Part shown: in pieces, positions 29,202-39,248 of the stretch
How the letters are laid out: every line of letters begins with the position of its first letter
How positions within the stretch are numbered: the stretch's first letter is position 1
Assembly (NCBI GenBank): GCA_963668645.2
Contig: CAXXWC010000021.1
Span: forward strand, 832,001-896,000
Reading direction: 5' to 3'
Length of the DNA stretch: 64,000 bases
Source of the DNA: Desulfobacterales bacterium
GTDB lineage: Bacteria > Desulfobacterota > Desulfobacteria > Desulfobacterales > UBA2174
The notes under the pieces: generated by a model
Seen by the model: only the letters and a program-made list of their open reading frames with translations
Told to the model about the DNA's origin: nothing
Databases searched by the model: none
Program-made: the position numbers and the translations under genes

Positions 29202-29558
29202 ATGGAAATTCTAAGAGATCTCCAAAAAGAGCAAGATGACATTTTATCCCATTTAAGCGGCGGATGCTACACAATTGTAGGAAGCCCGATAGATCTCAAG
29301 GTCTGCTATTCTTACAATTCTAAAGACAAATCCGTGACGGTTAAGGTTACTCTGGCCGGAGAAACAATGGGCCGTGCAACATTATCGGCAAGCAAGCCGA
29401 GTGTCGATTTTTCCTTGTCTTTGGTGGTTGTAAAAGCCTCAATTGAACTTAAATTCGAGGTAAGTGATTTGAGCCTCAAATATTCAGCAAAAGCTTGCTA
29501 CTACGCGCCTTTCTCCTGGCATTGTGCGAGTCATCATGGAACAATTGTCAAATTTTAG
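29202..29558 (+). CDS. Small beta-rich hypothetical protein with possible double-glycine leader
   Basis: RBS GAGGGGG before ATG 29202; MEILRDLQKEQDDILSHLSGG|CYTIV..; 4 Cys. Confidence 0.65.
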   Translation: MEILRDLQKEQDDILSHLSGGCYTIVGSPIDLKVCYSYNSKDKSVTVKVTLAGETMGRATLSASKPSVDFSLSLVVVKASIELKFEVSDLSLKYSAKACYYAPFSWHCASHHGTIVKF

Positions 29559-29850
29559 TTAAAAAACGGCAATACACGTTATTTGTTGATTAATAGCCTT
29601 TGCCTTCTTTTATGCAATTAAAAACTGTTTAAAGATAAATAGAATCACTAATCATCCAGATGAAATATTTAACTTTTTATCCCCATACAACAAAGCATAT
29701 CTTTCTATCTTTTGCGGGAAAAAAAGAAAAACCACTTAGAATACTCGAAAGAAAGGAAGATGGCATAATGACGAACAGGCCCGAAAGAGTGCTGGATTTG
29801 ATTCATGCTTGGCAGATGAATAATTTTGTCCTGCCAAAAAGGAGATCAAA

Positions 29851-31485
29851 ATGAACACCAGACTAACTAGTATCCTTTTTATCTATTTCACGGTATTAAT
29901 TTTCAGCAATGCAAATGCTCAAGAAAAAGAGATTAAAAAAATCCATGTAGACTCGGTTACAGTGTCCAAACATGGAGAAATACCCTTAGCGATGTTCGTT
30001 TATTACACTGACGGAACAGTTAAAAAAAATAAAAGCTTCGATTTCGTAGACATGAAGCCAAAAGGATATGTGAAAGTAACGTTTGGTGGTTTATTCCATG
30101 AAGGCTGGGTAGTAAAAAGGGAATATGGTGTCGATGACACGGATGTTACTTTGTTCTGGACCTATAAAGGGGAAAAAACAATATCCACGGTATTAGTAAG
30201 AGGTAAAGCAATAGGTTTTGATGTCCAGGATGATTTCGGCAACATGCGAATTACCCGTGAAAAAGAATACATGCCTACTGCCTCGGTATTATATTCGGAT
30301 GGAAGTTTACACAAGTATTATTTAGGACAGGACACCTCTGAATTTCAGGCAGATTTAAACAAAATAATGGATAAAGTTATAATCAACAAGGAATATTTGA
30401 AATTCGGCAGAGGTTGGAGCTTTGGGCGCAAGCCTGGCGCAAAAGATGGTGAACTAACGATAGATTTTATATACAAAGAGCATAATACTCTAAAACAGAC
30501 TTCATCTATTCCAGTCCTGGGACAGATATCAAATATCATTGTAAATACAATAGACTCAATCGGGTATAAAACACCCCCAACACCGATCGATTACATTGCA
30601 TATTATACAGACGGGTCTGAATATTCTGGCTCTATGAACAGCGACAACCATCCGGAACTTTTGACTATATTGCCTCCCAATGCACTTAAATTGAATAAGC
30701 CTACCAATTCAGACTGGTATCTCTCAGTTACTCCAAGGAGCCCAACCGGCCTGGTAATGATTGATTGGAGAGTCGTCGACGGTGATACTGCATCTTACTC
30801 GACAAGCATCATGGTTGAAAACGAACCGTATGTAAGTAGAATGGACATTGGAAGTTTACCTTTGGGATATTGCTCACATGTAGCAGAAGAGTTGAAAATA
30901 TCACTATCGTTTAATCAATCCATGAAAACGGATCAACTGCCCGTTATTGAATTTGAAGCTTCGAAAAATAAGTGGACACAGGGCGTAATCAGAAATCCAA
31001 TCTGGTCTGAGGCGATTGTAGGCCTTGAAAATTCAAAATTGGATTGTCATTTGGTTTTGCCCCATGTTCCCGATCAAAAGATTTTCATGCCAATATTCAA
31101 GGTTTCCAGAGCCCAGGGTGCCAATCATACGGGTGAAATGTTTACACACGCTCAAGAGGTCATTATTCCCTACTTGATATTGAAAAAACAAACCAGCAAT
31201 TGGATACTTTTATCAAAATATTCCTTCAATCCCGGAGAAAGAATTTCCGGTAGATTCAACAGGAATATAAAAGAAGGGACGTTTTACCTGGCCGTTTATC
31301 CTGAAGGAGCCACAAATAAAAACTGGCTCTATTTCGGTTACGCACCGGAGTGCTCGAATATTTCTTCGAACGTACCTGACAAACCGGGAAAATATGAATA
31401 TCGACTGATTCAAAGCGTTAAAAATAAAGATGAAACAGTCCTAAAAACCTTGGCTGTAGCCGGATTTGTCGTGAAAGAAAAGTAG
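29851..31485 (+). CDS. Secreted hypothetical protein with Ig-like repeats
   Basis: RBS AGGAG, signal peptide ending ANA; three Y(T/S)DG(S/T) repeats; C-terminal beta-sandwich-like PGERI..PDKPGKYEYRL. Confidence 0.75.
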   Translation: MNTRLTSILFIYFTVLIFSNANAQEKEIKKIHVDSVTVSKHGEIPLAMFVYYTDGTVKKNKSFDFVDMKPKGYVKVTFGGLFHEGWVVKREYGVDDTDVTLFWTYKGEKTISTVLVRGKAIGFDVQDDFGNMRITREKEYMPTASVLYSDGSLHKYYLGQDTSEFQADLNKIMDKVIINKEYLKFGRGWSFGRKPGAKDGELTIDFIYKEHNTLKQTSSIPVLGQISNIIVNTIDSIGYKTPPTPIDYIAYYTDGSEYSGSMNSDNHPELLTILPPNALKLNKPTNSDWYLSVTPRSPTGLVMIDWRVVDGDTASYSTSIMVENEPYVSRMDIGSLPLGYCSHVAEELKISLSFNQSMKTDQLPVIEFEASKNKWTQGVIRNPIWSEAIVGLENSKLDCHLVLPHVPDQKIFMPIFKVSRAQGANHTGEMFTHAQEVIIPYLILKKQTSNWILLSKYSFNPGERISGRFNRNIKEGTFYLAVYPEGATNKNWLYFGYAPECSNISSNVPDKPGKYEYRLIQSVKNKDETVLKTLAVAGFVVKEK

Positions 31486-31623
31486 GTCGAAAAACGGCTT
31501 GAATCAGAAAAAGGCGGTCGCTTAGGCAAAATTTTTGATGAGCGGCTATTTTTTAAAAATATTTTATAGATTTTGTTCCATGTAAGCCGCAGCATATAAC
31601 ACAGAAACATGAAAGGAGACATC

Positions 31624-32007
31624 ATGGAGGAAAAGCTCGTAAGTGTAAAGAACTATCACCTTGCAGGAGATGATGTAAAGATCGTATTTTCAACCGAAAG
31701 CCCCGAACTTGAGCTTATATACGAAGACAAGCATGGAAAACGTAAGTTCACAGGGAGAGCGATATATCGGGAAAAGATTCAACTCGGTTTTATGCCATCC
31801 GTAGTTCTGGATGAAGCTCCAGACAAATACAGAATAATTTTATCTCTTGCCGTTCCGTCCGCCAACAGATCCGAGAATATGAAATCCATTCCGATCAAGA
31901 CCTATGCGGTGTGGACCAAGATTCTCACCAGCATCAGTGGATCGGAGGCCATCGAAGGGCAAATCCAAACTCACGATATTTCACTCTTGAGCGGTAATGC
32001 CTGGTAG
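31624..32007 (+). CDS. Hypothetical protein (all-beta pattern)
   Basis: RBS AAAGGAG before ATG 31624; 127 aa open frame with alternating hydrophobic pattern. Confidence 0.7.
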   Translation: MEEKLVSVKNYHLAGDDVKIVFSTESPELELIYEDKHGKRKFTGRAIYREKIQLGFMPSVVLDEAPDKYRIILSLAVPSANRSENMKSIPIKTYAVWTKILTSISGSEAIEGQIQTHDISLLSGNAW

Positions 32008-32125
32008 GTGGAAAAACGCTTATATGAAGACCATTGGCAACGAGACAGATTATTGCATTTTTTCCGAAAACCGACAGATTCCGTGCAGCCAAACCGGTTG
32101 AAGTTGAGAGCGGTTTGCCCATTGT

Positions 32126-32878
32126 TCACGAGGGGAAATGCCTTCGCTTTTTTTGAGACGCCCCGGCCCTGCGACCCGGGCGTGGCGAGCCTTCCGAGGT
32201 GCCGGATGCTTTACGGGCGATGTAGACCACATGCCGGTTGCCGCGTCCCGGGCGCTGAGTGCGGACAATGAAGCCGGCTCCCTCTAGCCGAGTTTCAAAG
32301 GTCCGGTCCGGATCCTCTGACCATACTGCCAGCACCCCATCAGTGGTGAGCGCGGTGTGGCTCAACGCCAGCGCCGCCTTGCCGTATAGGGGCTCTCCCC
32401 GGCCCGGGTCTCCCTGGCACGGACCTTCGTACAGGTCGAGGATGATGGCATCGAATCGTTCTTTCCGGCCCGCCAGAGCCGCGCGGTGAATGCACGCAGA
32501 GACGTCGCCGATAACCACTTTCACCCTGGGGTCGTCCACGGCACGGCCGGTCAGATGGGCGATGGGGCCGCGGCACCACGTAACAACTGTCGGGTTCAGC
32601 TCTGCCACCACAACCGCGGCATCGGCCGGCAGGGCGTCGAGGGCCGCCTTGAGGGTGAAGCCCATGCCCAGGCCGCCGATCAGGACCTTGGGCCGTTTTT
32701 TCTTCGCCTGGGTCGCGCAGGCCATTTGTGCCAGGACGATCTCGGAGAGATTGCTCGCTGCGTTCATCAGCACCCGGCCGTCGATGGTGATCAGAAAATC
32801 ACTCTCGCCCCGCTGCCGAAGCTCGAGGCGCCCCTCATCGGTGGTGACGCTGTCGACCAAGTGCCAGGGTCGGGTCAT
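32126..32878 (-). CDS. Spermidine-synthase-like SAM-dependent methyltransferase
   Basis: IDGRVLMN, VLIGGLGMGFT, VAELNP, FDAIILD, GVLAVWS. Confidence 0.88.
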   Translation of the reverse strand: MTRPWHLVDSVTTDEGRLELRQRGESDFLITIDGRVLMNAASNLSEIVLAQMACATQAKKKRPKVLIGGLGMGFTLKAALDALPADAAVVVAELNPTVVTWCRGPIAHLTGRAVDDPRVKVVIGDVSACIHRAALAGRKERFDAIILDLYEGPCQGDPGRGEPLYGKAALALSHTALTTDGVLAVWSEDPDRTFETRLEGAGFIVRTQRPGRGNRHVVYIARKASGTSEGSPRPGRRAGASQKKRRHFPS

Positions 32879-32988
32879 GTATACTCCTTACGCTACGCAT
32901 TTTATTCAAGCCGCTTTAGCGCCATCAAACGGCGGCCCGTTGCCCGGGTCAATGGCGTTGCCGGCGAACAGTGACTTTTAAAACCGGA

Positions 32989-33528
32989 TCATCCCGGGAA
33001 TGGCGATTGTTCGTTTCTCGACACATCTTCCCGGTAAAGCACAGCTTTACGGCACAGCTCGTTCACCTGCGCCAGGGTCCGTTGGATTTCCTCGGCGCTC
33101 AAAGAACGGATGATCCTGGCCGGCTGGCCCAGCGCCAGTCTACCCGCCGGAATCTCCATACCCGGAGGCACGACGGCTCCGGCGCCCACCAGGGCGTTTT
33201 TGCGCACCACGGCGCCGTCAAGCACGATGGCGCCGATCCCCACCAGTGCCCCTGTTTCAACGACCGCCCCATGAATGCAGGCTTTGTGGCTGATCAACAC
33301 CTCATCCTCGATGGTGACGATGCTGCCGTTAGGAGCTTCGATCAAGCAAAGATCGAGCACGGCCGACCTCTTTCCGATGATGATCCGGCCATCGTCGGCC
33401 CGCAGCACCGCCCCGGGCCAGATGCTGGAACCGGCCTTTAGAGTGATGTTACCGATAAGTCTGGCAGACGGGTCAATCCATACATCTTCAGCGATTTGTG
33501 GGAAAAAACCGCCAATCCCGCTGATCAT
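32989..33528 (-). CDS. Gamma carbonic anhydrase family (YrdA-like hexapeptide repeat) protein
   Basis: IDPSARLIGNI..SIWPGAVLRAD, ISHKACIHG, LVGIGAIVLDG, LGQPAR. Confidence 0.88.
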   Translation of the reverse strand: MISGIGGFFPQIAEDVWIDPSARLIGNITLKAGSSIWPGAVLRADDGRIIIGKRSAVLDLCLIEAPNGSIVTIEDEVLISHKACIHGAVVETGALVGIGAIVLDGAVVRKNALVGAGAVVPPGMEIPAGRLALGQPARIIRSLSAEEIQRTLAQVNELCRKAVLYREDVSRNEQSPFPG

Positions 33529-33767
33529 AAACGCCCTCCCCTCTTGCTGGCGACGGGCCGCCCAAAAGATGTTGATTGGATAAGTTACGGACACTACCTC
33601 AGATTTGATCCGAAGTGCCGAACCGTTTCAGACGCTGTGCCCAGGCACACCATCCACGCGATAGATAGACCATGCCCATTTCCAAGTCAATCGGCCGCTA
33701 AGGGCAAGACTCCTATAACCACCCATTTTTCTTGAATTTATCACCTCATCCTGCTATAGGCCGGACC

Positions 33768-33900
33768 ATGCTGCGCGCAGCCGGACCGGATTTGCCCGGG
33801 ATTTTGCACCATGTAATCATCCGGGGCATCAAACCGCGAAAAATATTCGGTTTGCCTATCGGCATCGCTGCCCTGAGCGAAATCATCGAAAGGAGGGGCC
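33768..33900 (+). pseudogene. Internally deleted REP-associated tyrosine transposase (RAYT-like) remnant
   Basis: MLRAAGPDLPGILHHVIIRGIKPRKIF matches the RAYT N-terminus pattern MPRxxRxDxPGxxHHVxxRGxxRxxIF, joined directly to C-terminal-like LPIGIAALSEIIERRG; promoter-like TTGAAT-17-TATAGG at 33732-33760. Confidence 0.6.
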
Positions 33901-33996
33901 CTAATGCCGCGATGCCTGAAGCAAAACAACCACACATCTAAACAGACAGATATGCCACACGGATCTATTTCGGCTGGCTATCGACAAAAGGCCGGT

Positions 33997-34704
33997 ATGC
34001 TCAAGAAAAAGCTCAAATCTTTTTTGTATCGACACATCATTCCCCGCGTCGGACTTTTTGCGGTCAAGGTCCTGTCGGCCACCTATCGGCTCCGTATCGT
34101 CGATCCGGCCAACGAAAGCGACGTCCTCGAAAGGTATGGGACCCTGGTTTACGCCTCCTGGCATCAGCGCTTCTTTCCCGGGATAACCTTCTTTACCAGC
34201 CGCCGGCCCATTGCGATCATGATCAGTCAAAGCCACGACGGGGAATACATCGCGCGCATCGTCAACATGCAGGGCTGGTTTGCGGTCCGCGGATCGTCCT
34301 CCCGCGGCGGTTCAGAGGCATTGCAACAGATCAAGCGGTTGTCGTTGGAAGGGTGCAAGATCGGCCATATCGTCGATGGTCCCCAGGGGCCGCCCGGCGT
34401 GGTCAAACCCGGACTGCTGCGCATCGCCCAGTATGCCGAAATTCCCATCCTTCCGGCCATCGCATCCGGCCAGCACCGATGGGTCTTTAACAGCTGGGAT
34501 CGGTTCATGATTCCAAAGCCGTTTTCCCGTGTGATCCTCCGCTTTGCCCAGCCCATCTTCATCCCAAAAAATTTGAGCAATGAGGCCTTCGAGCAAAAGC
34601 GCCTCTTTGTAGAACGGGAGATGCACCGGTTGTACGAGGAGACCGACCGGATCTGGCAAAATCCAGAGAAGATAAAAGCGATCTTCGGCCCGAAACAGGG
34701 CTGA
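33997..34704 (+). CDS. DUF374 / lysophospholipid acyltransferase family protein
   Basis: YASWH, ISQSHDGE, VRGSSSRGG, VDGPQGP, NSWDRFMIPKPFS. Confidence 0.88.
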   Translation: MLKKKLKSFLYRHIIPRVGLFAVKVLSATYRLRIVDPANESDVLERYGTLVYASWHQRFFPGITFFTSRRPIAIMISQSHDGEYIARIVNMQGWFAVRGSSSRGGSEALQQIKRLSLEGCKIGHIVDGPQGPPGVVKPGLLRIAQYAEIPILPAIASGQHRWVFNSWDRFMIPKPFSRVILRFAQPIFIPKNLSNEAFEQKRLFVEREMHRLYEETDRIWQNPEKIKAIFGPKQG

Positions 34705-34860
34705 CCAAAGACGGCAGGCGTATCCCGGTCGCTCGTTGGTTTGCAAAGTCAGCGCGCATACAAACGTCTATCTTTCGTGCTACGGTTCGCAGACCGGTCT
34801 ACCTTTCTCCGGTGGGCTGTGGATAACCCGGGGGCAGTTTTCTCTCTGCGAACACACCTA

Positions 34861-34877
34861 TTGGCATCAATATTGCT
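34861..34877 (+). promoter_or_regulatory. Sigma54 -24/-12 promoter
   Basis: TTGGCATCAATATTGCT has exact GG-N10-GC spacing. Confidence 0.7.
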
Positions 34878-34887
34878 TTATTCTGGA

Positions 34888-34970
34888 ATCAATACCTCCT
34901 GCGGTTCGACGGAATCAGCCGTCGGCAAGCCGGCTCCGGGCGCCGTCACCCGAAGCCGGCTTGCTTTTTT
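34888..34970 (+). ncRNA. Candidate sigma54-dependent small RNA (~80 nt)
   Basis: Lies between the sigma54 promoter and a strong terminator, with no convincing ORF; contains anti-SD ACCTCCT (34894-34900). Confidence 0.55.
34925..34970 (+). terminator. Intrinsic terminator
   Basis: GCAAGCCGGCTCCGGG (34925-34940) / CCCGAAGCCGGCTTGC (34949-34964), then T6. Confidence 0.85.
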
Positions 34971-35533
34971 CAAGGAAAAATCAAATACCACCGGTGGAAT
35001 ATCGCTCCTTTTCCACGCAGGCGGGACCCGTGCGGCAAAAAAATGAATGCGTAAAATATCTTGCACCCGCAATAAATCAATAACGCCCTGTCGCATGGCC
35101 TTCTCCAGGGGGCCTCGGCCATATTGAGGCGCCTCAAGCCGACTCCGTCATTTCGGACGATTATACCGATCCGTTACCGCCTGTAACGGATCGGCATGGG
35201 GTAGCCCTCCAGACCTTGTCGGCCCTGGCCCCCCGCGGGCATACCACTTTTGCATATCAGGGCCGTCGCCCACCGATTTCCGCCTTTCGGCCCTATCTCC
35301 TTTTCAAAGGTAACGTTACTGTAACGCACCAACGCCACCGTGACAGCCAAACCCCAGGCAATCACAACAGCCAATTACCGGGCGTCGTTTCAATGCCGGC
35401 GGCATCCTTGACGGGACGATAAGAGATGATCGGGTTATATGGCACGAATCGTGTAGATGGCATCACTGCGATTTAAGTCTGCAATACAAATCTGTGTTTC
35501 AGGCCCCTGCCAACCCAACAATGGAGGCCCTCC

Positions 35534-35722
35534 ATGCAGGAGATGTTTGAAACCACAAAGTCAGGGACGCTCAAACTTGCCAGCCAGTTCGTGTTTCCAC
35601 CCATCAAGACGGCCTACGGCAAGGAGCGCCCAAAGCGGTTACTGTCTTCAGGGTGCCTGGACCGGGTCAAAAAAAGGCGAACCGACCGGCTGCAACCTCA
35701 ACCCCGCCATCGGGCAGGTTGA
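35534..35722 (+). pseudogene. Truncated N-terminus of an NADH:flavin oxidoreductase (OYE family)
   Basis: RBS GGAGG; MQEMFETTKSGTLKLASQFVFPPIKTAYG matches the LFxPxxIGxLxLxNRxxxPP start; similarity is lost after ~30 aa. Confidence 0.55.
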
Positions 35723-35833
35723 CATCAAAGCTTACGCAGCGGCACTAGAATAATGACCCGGAAGGTTTCCACGCGACAACCCGTTGCCCGGCGGCGCAAA
35801 CCGCAGCTCACAACAACCCTATACGGAGGCCCC

Positions 35834-36487
35834 ATGACGGATATCTCCTTTGCCGATATCGCCATCGTTTCCTGCGGCACCATGAGCCTGGAACTCAACC
35901 ACCTCAAACAGGAAGGATGGCTCGATACGCCTCACCTCACCTACACGACACCCGGACTGCACCAGGACATTCACAAACTGGAACGCCAACTCGTCAGCCA
36001 GATCCGTAAAGCCAAAGAGAAGCTCGACAAGGTCCTGGTCGTCTTTGGCGGCAAGTTTTGTTACGTCAACGCGGACCAACCGACCCGGCAGATGAAGACG
36101 ATCATCGCCGAGCAGGGGCCGGGGGTGGCCCGCATCGAGGCGACCCACTGCATGGACATGCTCGCCAGCGAGGCGCAGCGCCGGCAAATCGCCGAAGAGC
36201 TGGCCGCCGGCGAGCCGGTCTGGTGGATGACCCCAGGCTGGGTGAAGTACCGCAAACAAGTCTTCAAGGGATGGGACAAGGGCCTGGCCAACGAAAACTT
36301 TCCCCGGCACACCGGCGGCGCCATCGTCCTGGACGCCATCGGCTACCTTGACAACTACATGGCTGAAAAACCGGAAGATTTCCTGGAATACTGCGACTGG
36401 ATGGGAATCCCGATGCAAGCCTACCCGGTGACCCTCGACCGGTTCAAATCCCTGCTCGCGGACCAGGCCGCCAAGCTTCTGGGCTGA
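35834..36487 (+). CDS. DUF1638 domain protein
   Basis: RBS GGAGG; IVSCG, PGLH, GGKFC, HCMDML, WWMTPGW. Confidence 0.8.
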   Translation: MTDISFADIAIVSCGTMSLELNHLKQEGWLDTPHLTYTTPGLHQDIHKLERQLVSQIRKAKEKLDKVLVVFGGKFCYVNADQPTRQMKTIIAEQGPGVARIEATHCMDMLASEAQRRQIAEELAAGEPVWWMTPGWVKYRKQVFKGWDKGLANENFPRHTGGAIVLDAIGYLDNYMAEKPEDFLEYCDWMGIPMQAYPVTLDRFKSLLADQAAKLLG

Positions 36488-36576
36488 ATATTTGAAAGAC
36501 GATACCCGTAAATGGTTTTGCCCCGGTCGTCATCGGCGGGGGTTCACCGGGGCCGGGTGGCGGGCATTGAGGAACT

Positions 36577-38166
36577 TCAGAAGATGTCGCGGGTGTTGTG
36601 AAAGGCGATCTTGGGCCACTGCTCTGCGATCAGTTCGAGGCGGTAGATGCTGGTGGTGAGAAAGGCGAGGCGCTCCTCGGCGTCCCGGGCCAGGTCGAGG
36701 GCATGCTGGCGCTTGAATTCGTCCAGGAGACTCGGGTCGGACGCATCGATCCAGCGCGCCACCTGGACGTCCACCGCCTCGTAGGCCGCATCCACCCCGT
36801 ATTCGGCCTTGAGCCTGGCCATGGTGACATCGAACTGCAGGACACCCACGGCCCCGAGAATGGCGTCGCTGCCGTCGATGGGCCGGAATACCTGCACGGC
36901 CCCTTCCTCGGAAAGCTGGATCAGCCCCTTTTGCAGTTGCTTGGCCTTCATCGGTTCCTTGAGACGCACACGCCGGAAGTGCTCGGGAGCGAAATGGGGG
37001 ATCCCGGTGAACTGCAGCGGCTCCTTGTCGGTGAAGGTGTCGCCGATCTTGATGGTGCCGTGGTTGAAGATCCCGATGATGTCCCCGGCATAGGCCACAG
37101 CCACGTTCTCGCGCTCCTGGGCCATAAAGCAGGTGGCGTTGGCCAGGGCCATGGTCTTGCCGGTGCGCTGGTGGACGACCTTCATGCCGCGCTCGAAACG
37201 GCCCGAGCAGATGCGCAAAAAAGCGATGCGGTCCCGGTGCGCCGGGTTCATGTTGGCCTGGATCTTGAAAACAAACCCGGAAAAAGCGTCTTCCCCGGGG
37301 TCCACCACGCGCGTGGCGGCGGTGCGCGGCCCGGGCGGCGGCGACATCTCCACGAAAGCTTCAAGCAGTTCCTGGACTCCGAAGTTGTTCAGGGCCGAGC
37401 CGAAGAAAACCGGGGTCTGGGTGCCGTTGAGAAAATGATCCCGGTCCAGCGGATCGGCGGCCCCTTCGAGCAGGGCCACATCCTCGCGCAGTTGCTCGGC
37501 GGCCGACGATCCCAGAATTTCGTCGAGAACCGGGTCGGACAAGTCCTGCACCACGATGTGGTCCCGGCTGCGGCGCTCCTGGCCCGGGGTAAAGAGCTGC
37601 ACCTGGTTGCGATACAGATCGTAAACCCCCTTGAAGCCCTTGCCCCGGCCGATGGGCCAGGAAAGGGGGGTGCACTCGATCTGGAGCTTGTCCTCGATAT
37701 CGGCCAGCAGGTCGAGAGGCTCCATCCCCTCGCGGTCGAGCTTGTTGATGAAGGTCACGATGGGGGTGTTGCGCATGCGGCAGACCGCCATTAACTTTTC
37801 GGTCTGGGTCTCGACCCCCTTGGCGCTGTCGATGACCATCAGGGCGCTGTCCACGGCTGTCAGCACCCGGTAGGTGTCTTCGGAAAAGTCCTGGTGGCCG
37901 GGGGTGTCGAGCAGGTTGATCTCGAAATCGCCGTAGGTGAACTTCATCACCGAAGTGGTCACCGAGATGCCCCGGTCGCGTTCGATGCTCATCCAGTCGC
38001 TGGTGGCGTGGCGGGCGGCCTTGCGGGCCTTGACGGCCCCGGCCTGCTGGATGGCCCCGCCGAAAAGCAGCAGCTTCTCGGTAAGGGTGGTCTTGCCCGC
38101 GTCCGGGTGGCTGATGATGCCGAAGGTACGCCGACGCTCGATTTCTTTTTGTCGATGGCGGTCCAT
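36577..38166 (-). CDS. prfC: Peptide chain release factor 3
   Basis: [57 protein letters not shown]. Confidence 0.97.
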   Translation of the reverse strand: MDRHRQKEIERRRTFGIISHPDAGKTTLTEKLLLFGGAIQQAGAVKARKAARHATSDWMSIERDRGISVTTSVMKFTYGDFEINLLDTPGHQDFSEDTYRVLTAVDSALMVIDSAKGVETQTEKLMAVCRMRNTPIVTFINKLDREGMEPLDLLADIEDKLQIECTPLSWPIGRGKGFKGVYDLYRNQVQLFTPGQERRSRDHIVVQDLSDPVLDEILGSSAAEQLREDVALLEGAADPLDRDHFLNGTQTPVFFGSALNNFGVQELLEAFVEMSPPPGPRTAATRVVDPGEDAFSGFVFKIQANMNPAHRDRIAFLRICSGRFERGMKVVHQRTGKTMALANATCFMAQERENVAVAYAGDIIGIFNHGTIKIGDTFTDKEPLQFTGIPHFAPEHFRRVRLKEPMKAKQLQKGLIQLSEEGAVQVFRPIDGSDAILGAVGVLQFDVTMARLKAEYGVDAAYEAVDVQVARWIDASDPSLLDEFKRQHALDLARDAEERLAFLTTSIYRLELIAEQWPKIAFHNTRDIF

Positions 38167-38459
38167 GAATTGCCTGGGTCTTTCGGATTGCGGCTTTGGT
38201 CGCGGCACGGATCGCTGGAACCTCCGAAAGTTAAATTTCCGGAAGCGATCCGGGCCGTGCCGGGTCGGCCGTTTCTCAGCTCGGCCTCCCCATGGGCACC
38301 GTCCCCTACACCAGCCAAGGCCGACATGCAAGGCGAAAAGGGTTGCAACAGCAATTCCGGCTATAACCAGGATCTGCTGTTTGCGTCGGGGATTGTCAGG
38401 GTTGCAATCTTTGGCCGCCACGTCCATGCTGGCGCCAACCAGACGCCGGGAGTCGCACC

Positions 38460-39218
38460 ATGCACCTGATCCGCACCGCGCTTTTTAAATGCCTGCACAT
38501 CCCCTACTGGGCCGCCAGGATCACCGGCAGCGGGCCTTTCGGCCCCAACGGGGCCCGGCCTGCGCCCCAGCGGCTCACGAGCCCGGGCAGTGCACTCAAA
38601 GCCGCCCTCTGGCGCCACCACGTCAAGCAGTTCAACGAGGCCGCCTGCTCGGTGGCCACCGTGGTCTCAGTGGTCAACGCCATCAGGGAGATCCAGGGCC
38701 ACCGAAGACCGCCCCTTGACCAGGGCCAGATTCTCGAGCGCGTGCCCACCGGGCGCTGGAAACAGCGTATGCAGCCCGGCGGCGACCAAGGCCGGCGGGG
38801 ATTGCCGCTGAGCCTTCTGGGGGCGGTGGTGCGCACCAGCCTGGATGCCTGCCGGATTCGTTACCGGGCCGTGGAAACCGTCGCCGCGGTCAAGCCCGGC
38901 ACCGCCGCCGCCCGCCGGATCGTATCCACGCTGCGCGGTCGCCTCCAGCGCTTCGAAACCCGGGGCGACACCCTGGTGATCGCCCACTTCGACCAAGGCG
39001 CATTCCTGCCGGTGTTGAACATCCCCCATATCTCGCCGGTGGGCGGCTTCGACGCTGCAAACGGCGGGGTCACGATCCTAGACGTGGACCGCGACCAGGA
39101 TCGGCCCTATCAGATTTCCCTGGCCACCTTCTATCGGGGCATCGCCAGCGACTACCACCACCTTTTCAGGCCCTTCGGCTTCGACCGGGGCGGGTATGTG
39201 TACATCCGGCTGGGATAG
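38460..39218 (+). CDS. Phytochelatin-synthase-like papain-fold protein
   Basis: Q..(x5)C ([15 protein letters not shown]), [17 protein letters not shown] end: Cys-His-Asp triad. Confidence 0.8.
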   Translation: MHLIRTALFKCLHIPYWAARITGSGPFGPNGARPAPQRLTSPGSALKAALWRHHVKQFNEAACSVATVVSVVNAIREIQGHRRPPLDQGQILERVPTGRWKQRMQPGGDQGRRGLPLSLLGAVVRTSLDACRIRYRAVETVAAVKPGTAAARRIVSTLRGRLQRFETRGDTLVIAHFDQGAFLPVLNIPHISPVGGFDAANGGVTILDVDRDQDRPYQISLATFYRGIASDYHHLFRPFGFDRGGYVYIRLG

Positions 39219-39248
39219 GACAAAAGACAGAAATCGTTGAGATACGGC

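Noticed and set aside
34818..34826. Perfect DnaA box (TGTGGATAA)
   Set aside because: Single copy with no cluster, no AT-rich unwinding element and no dnaA/dnaN context; not an origin.
35174..35374. 66-aa minus-strand ORF with one hydrophobic stretch
   Set aside because: Weak start with an in-frame stop immediately upstream and no recognisable homology.
35440..35455. Second sigma54-like site TGGCACGAATCGTGTA
   Set aside because: The -12 element is GT rather than GC.
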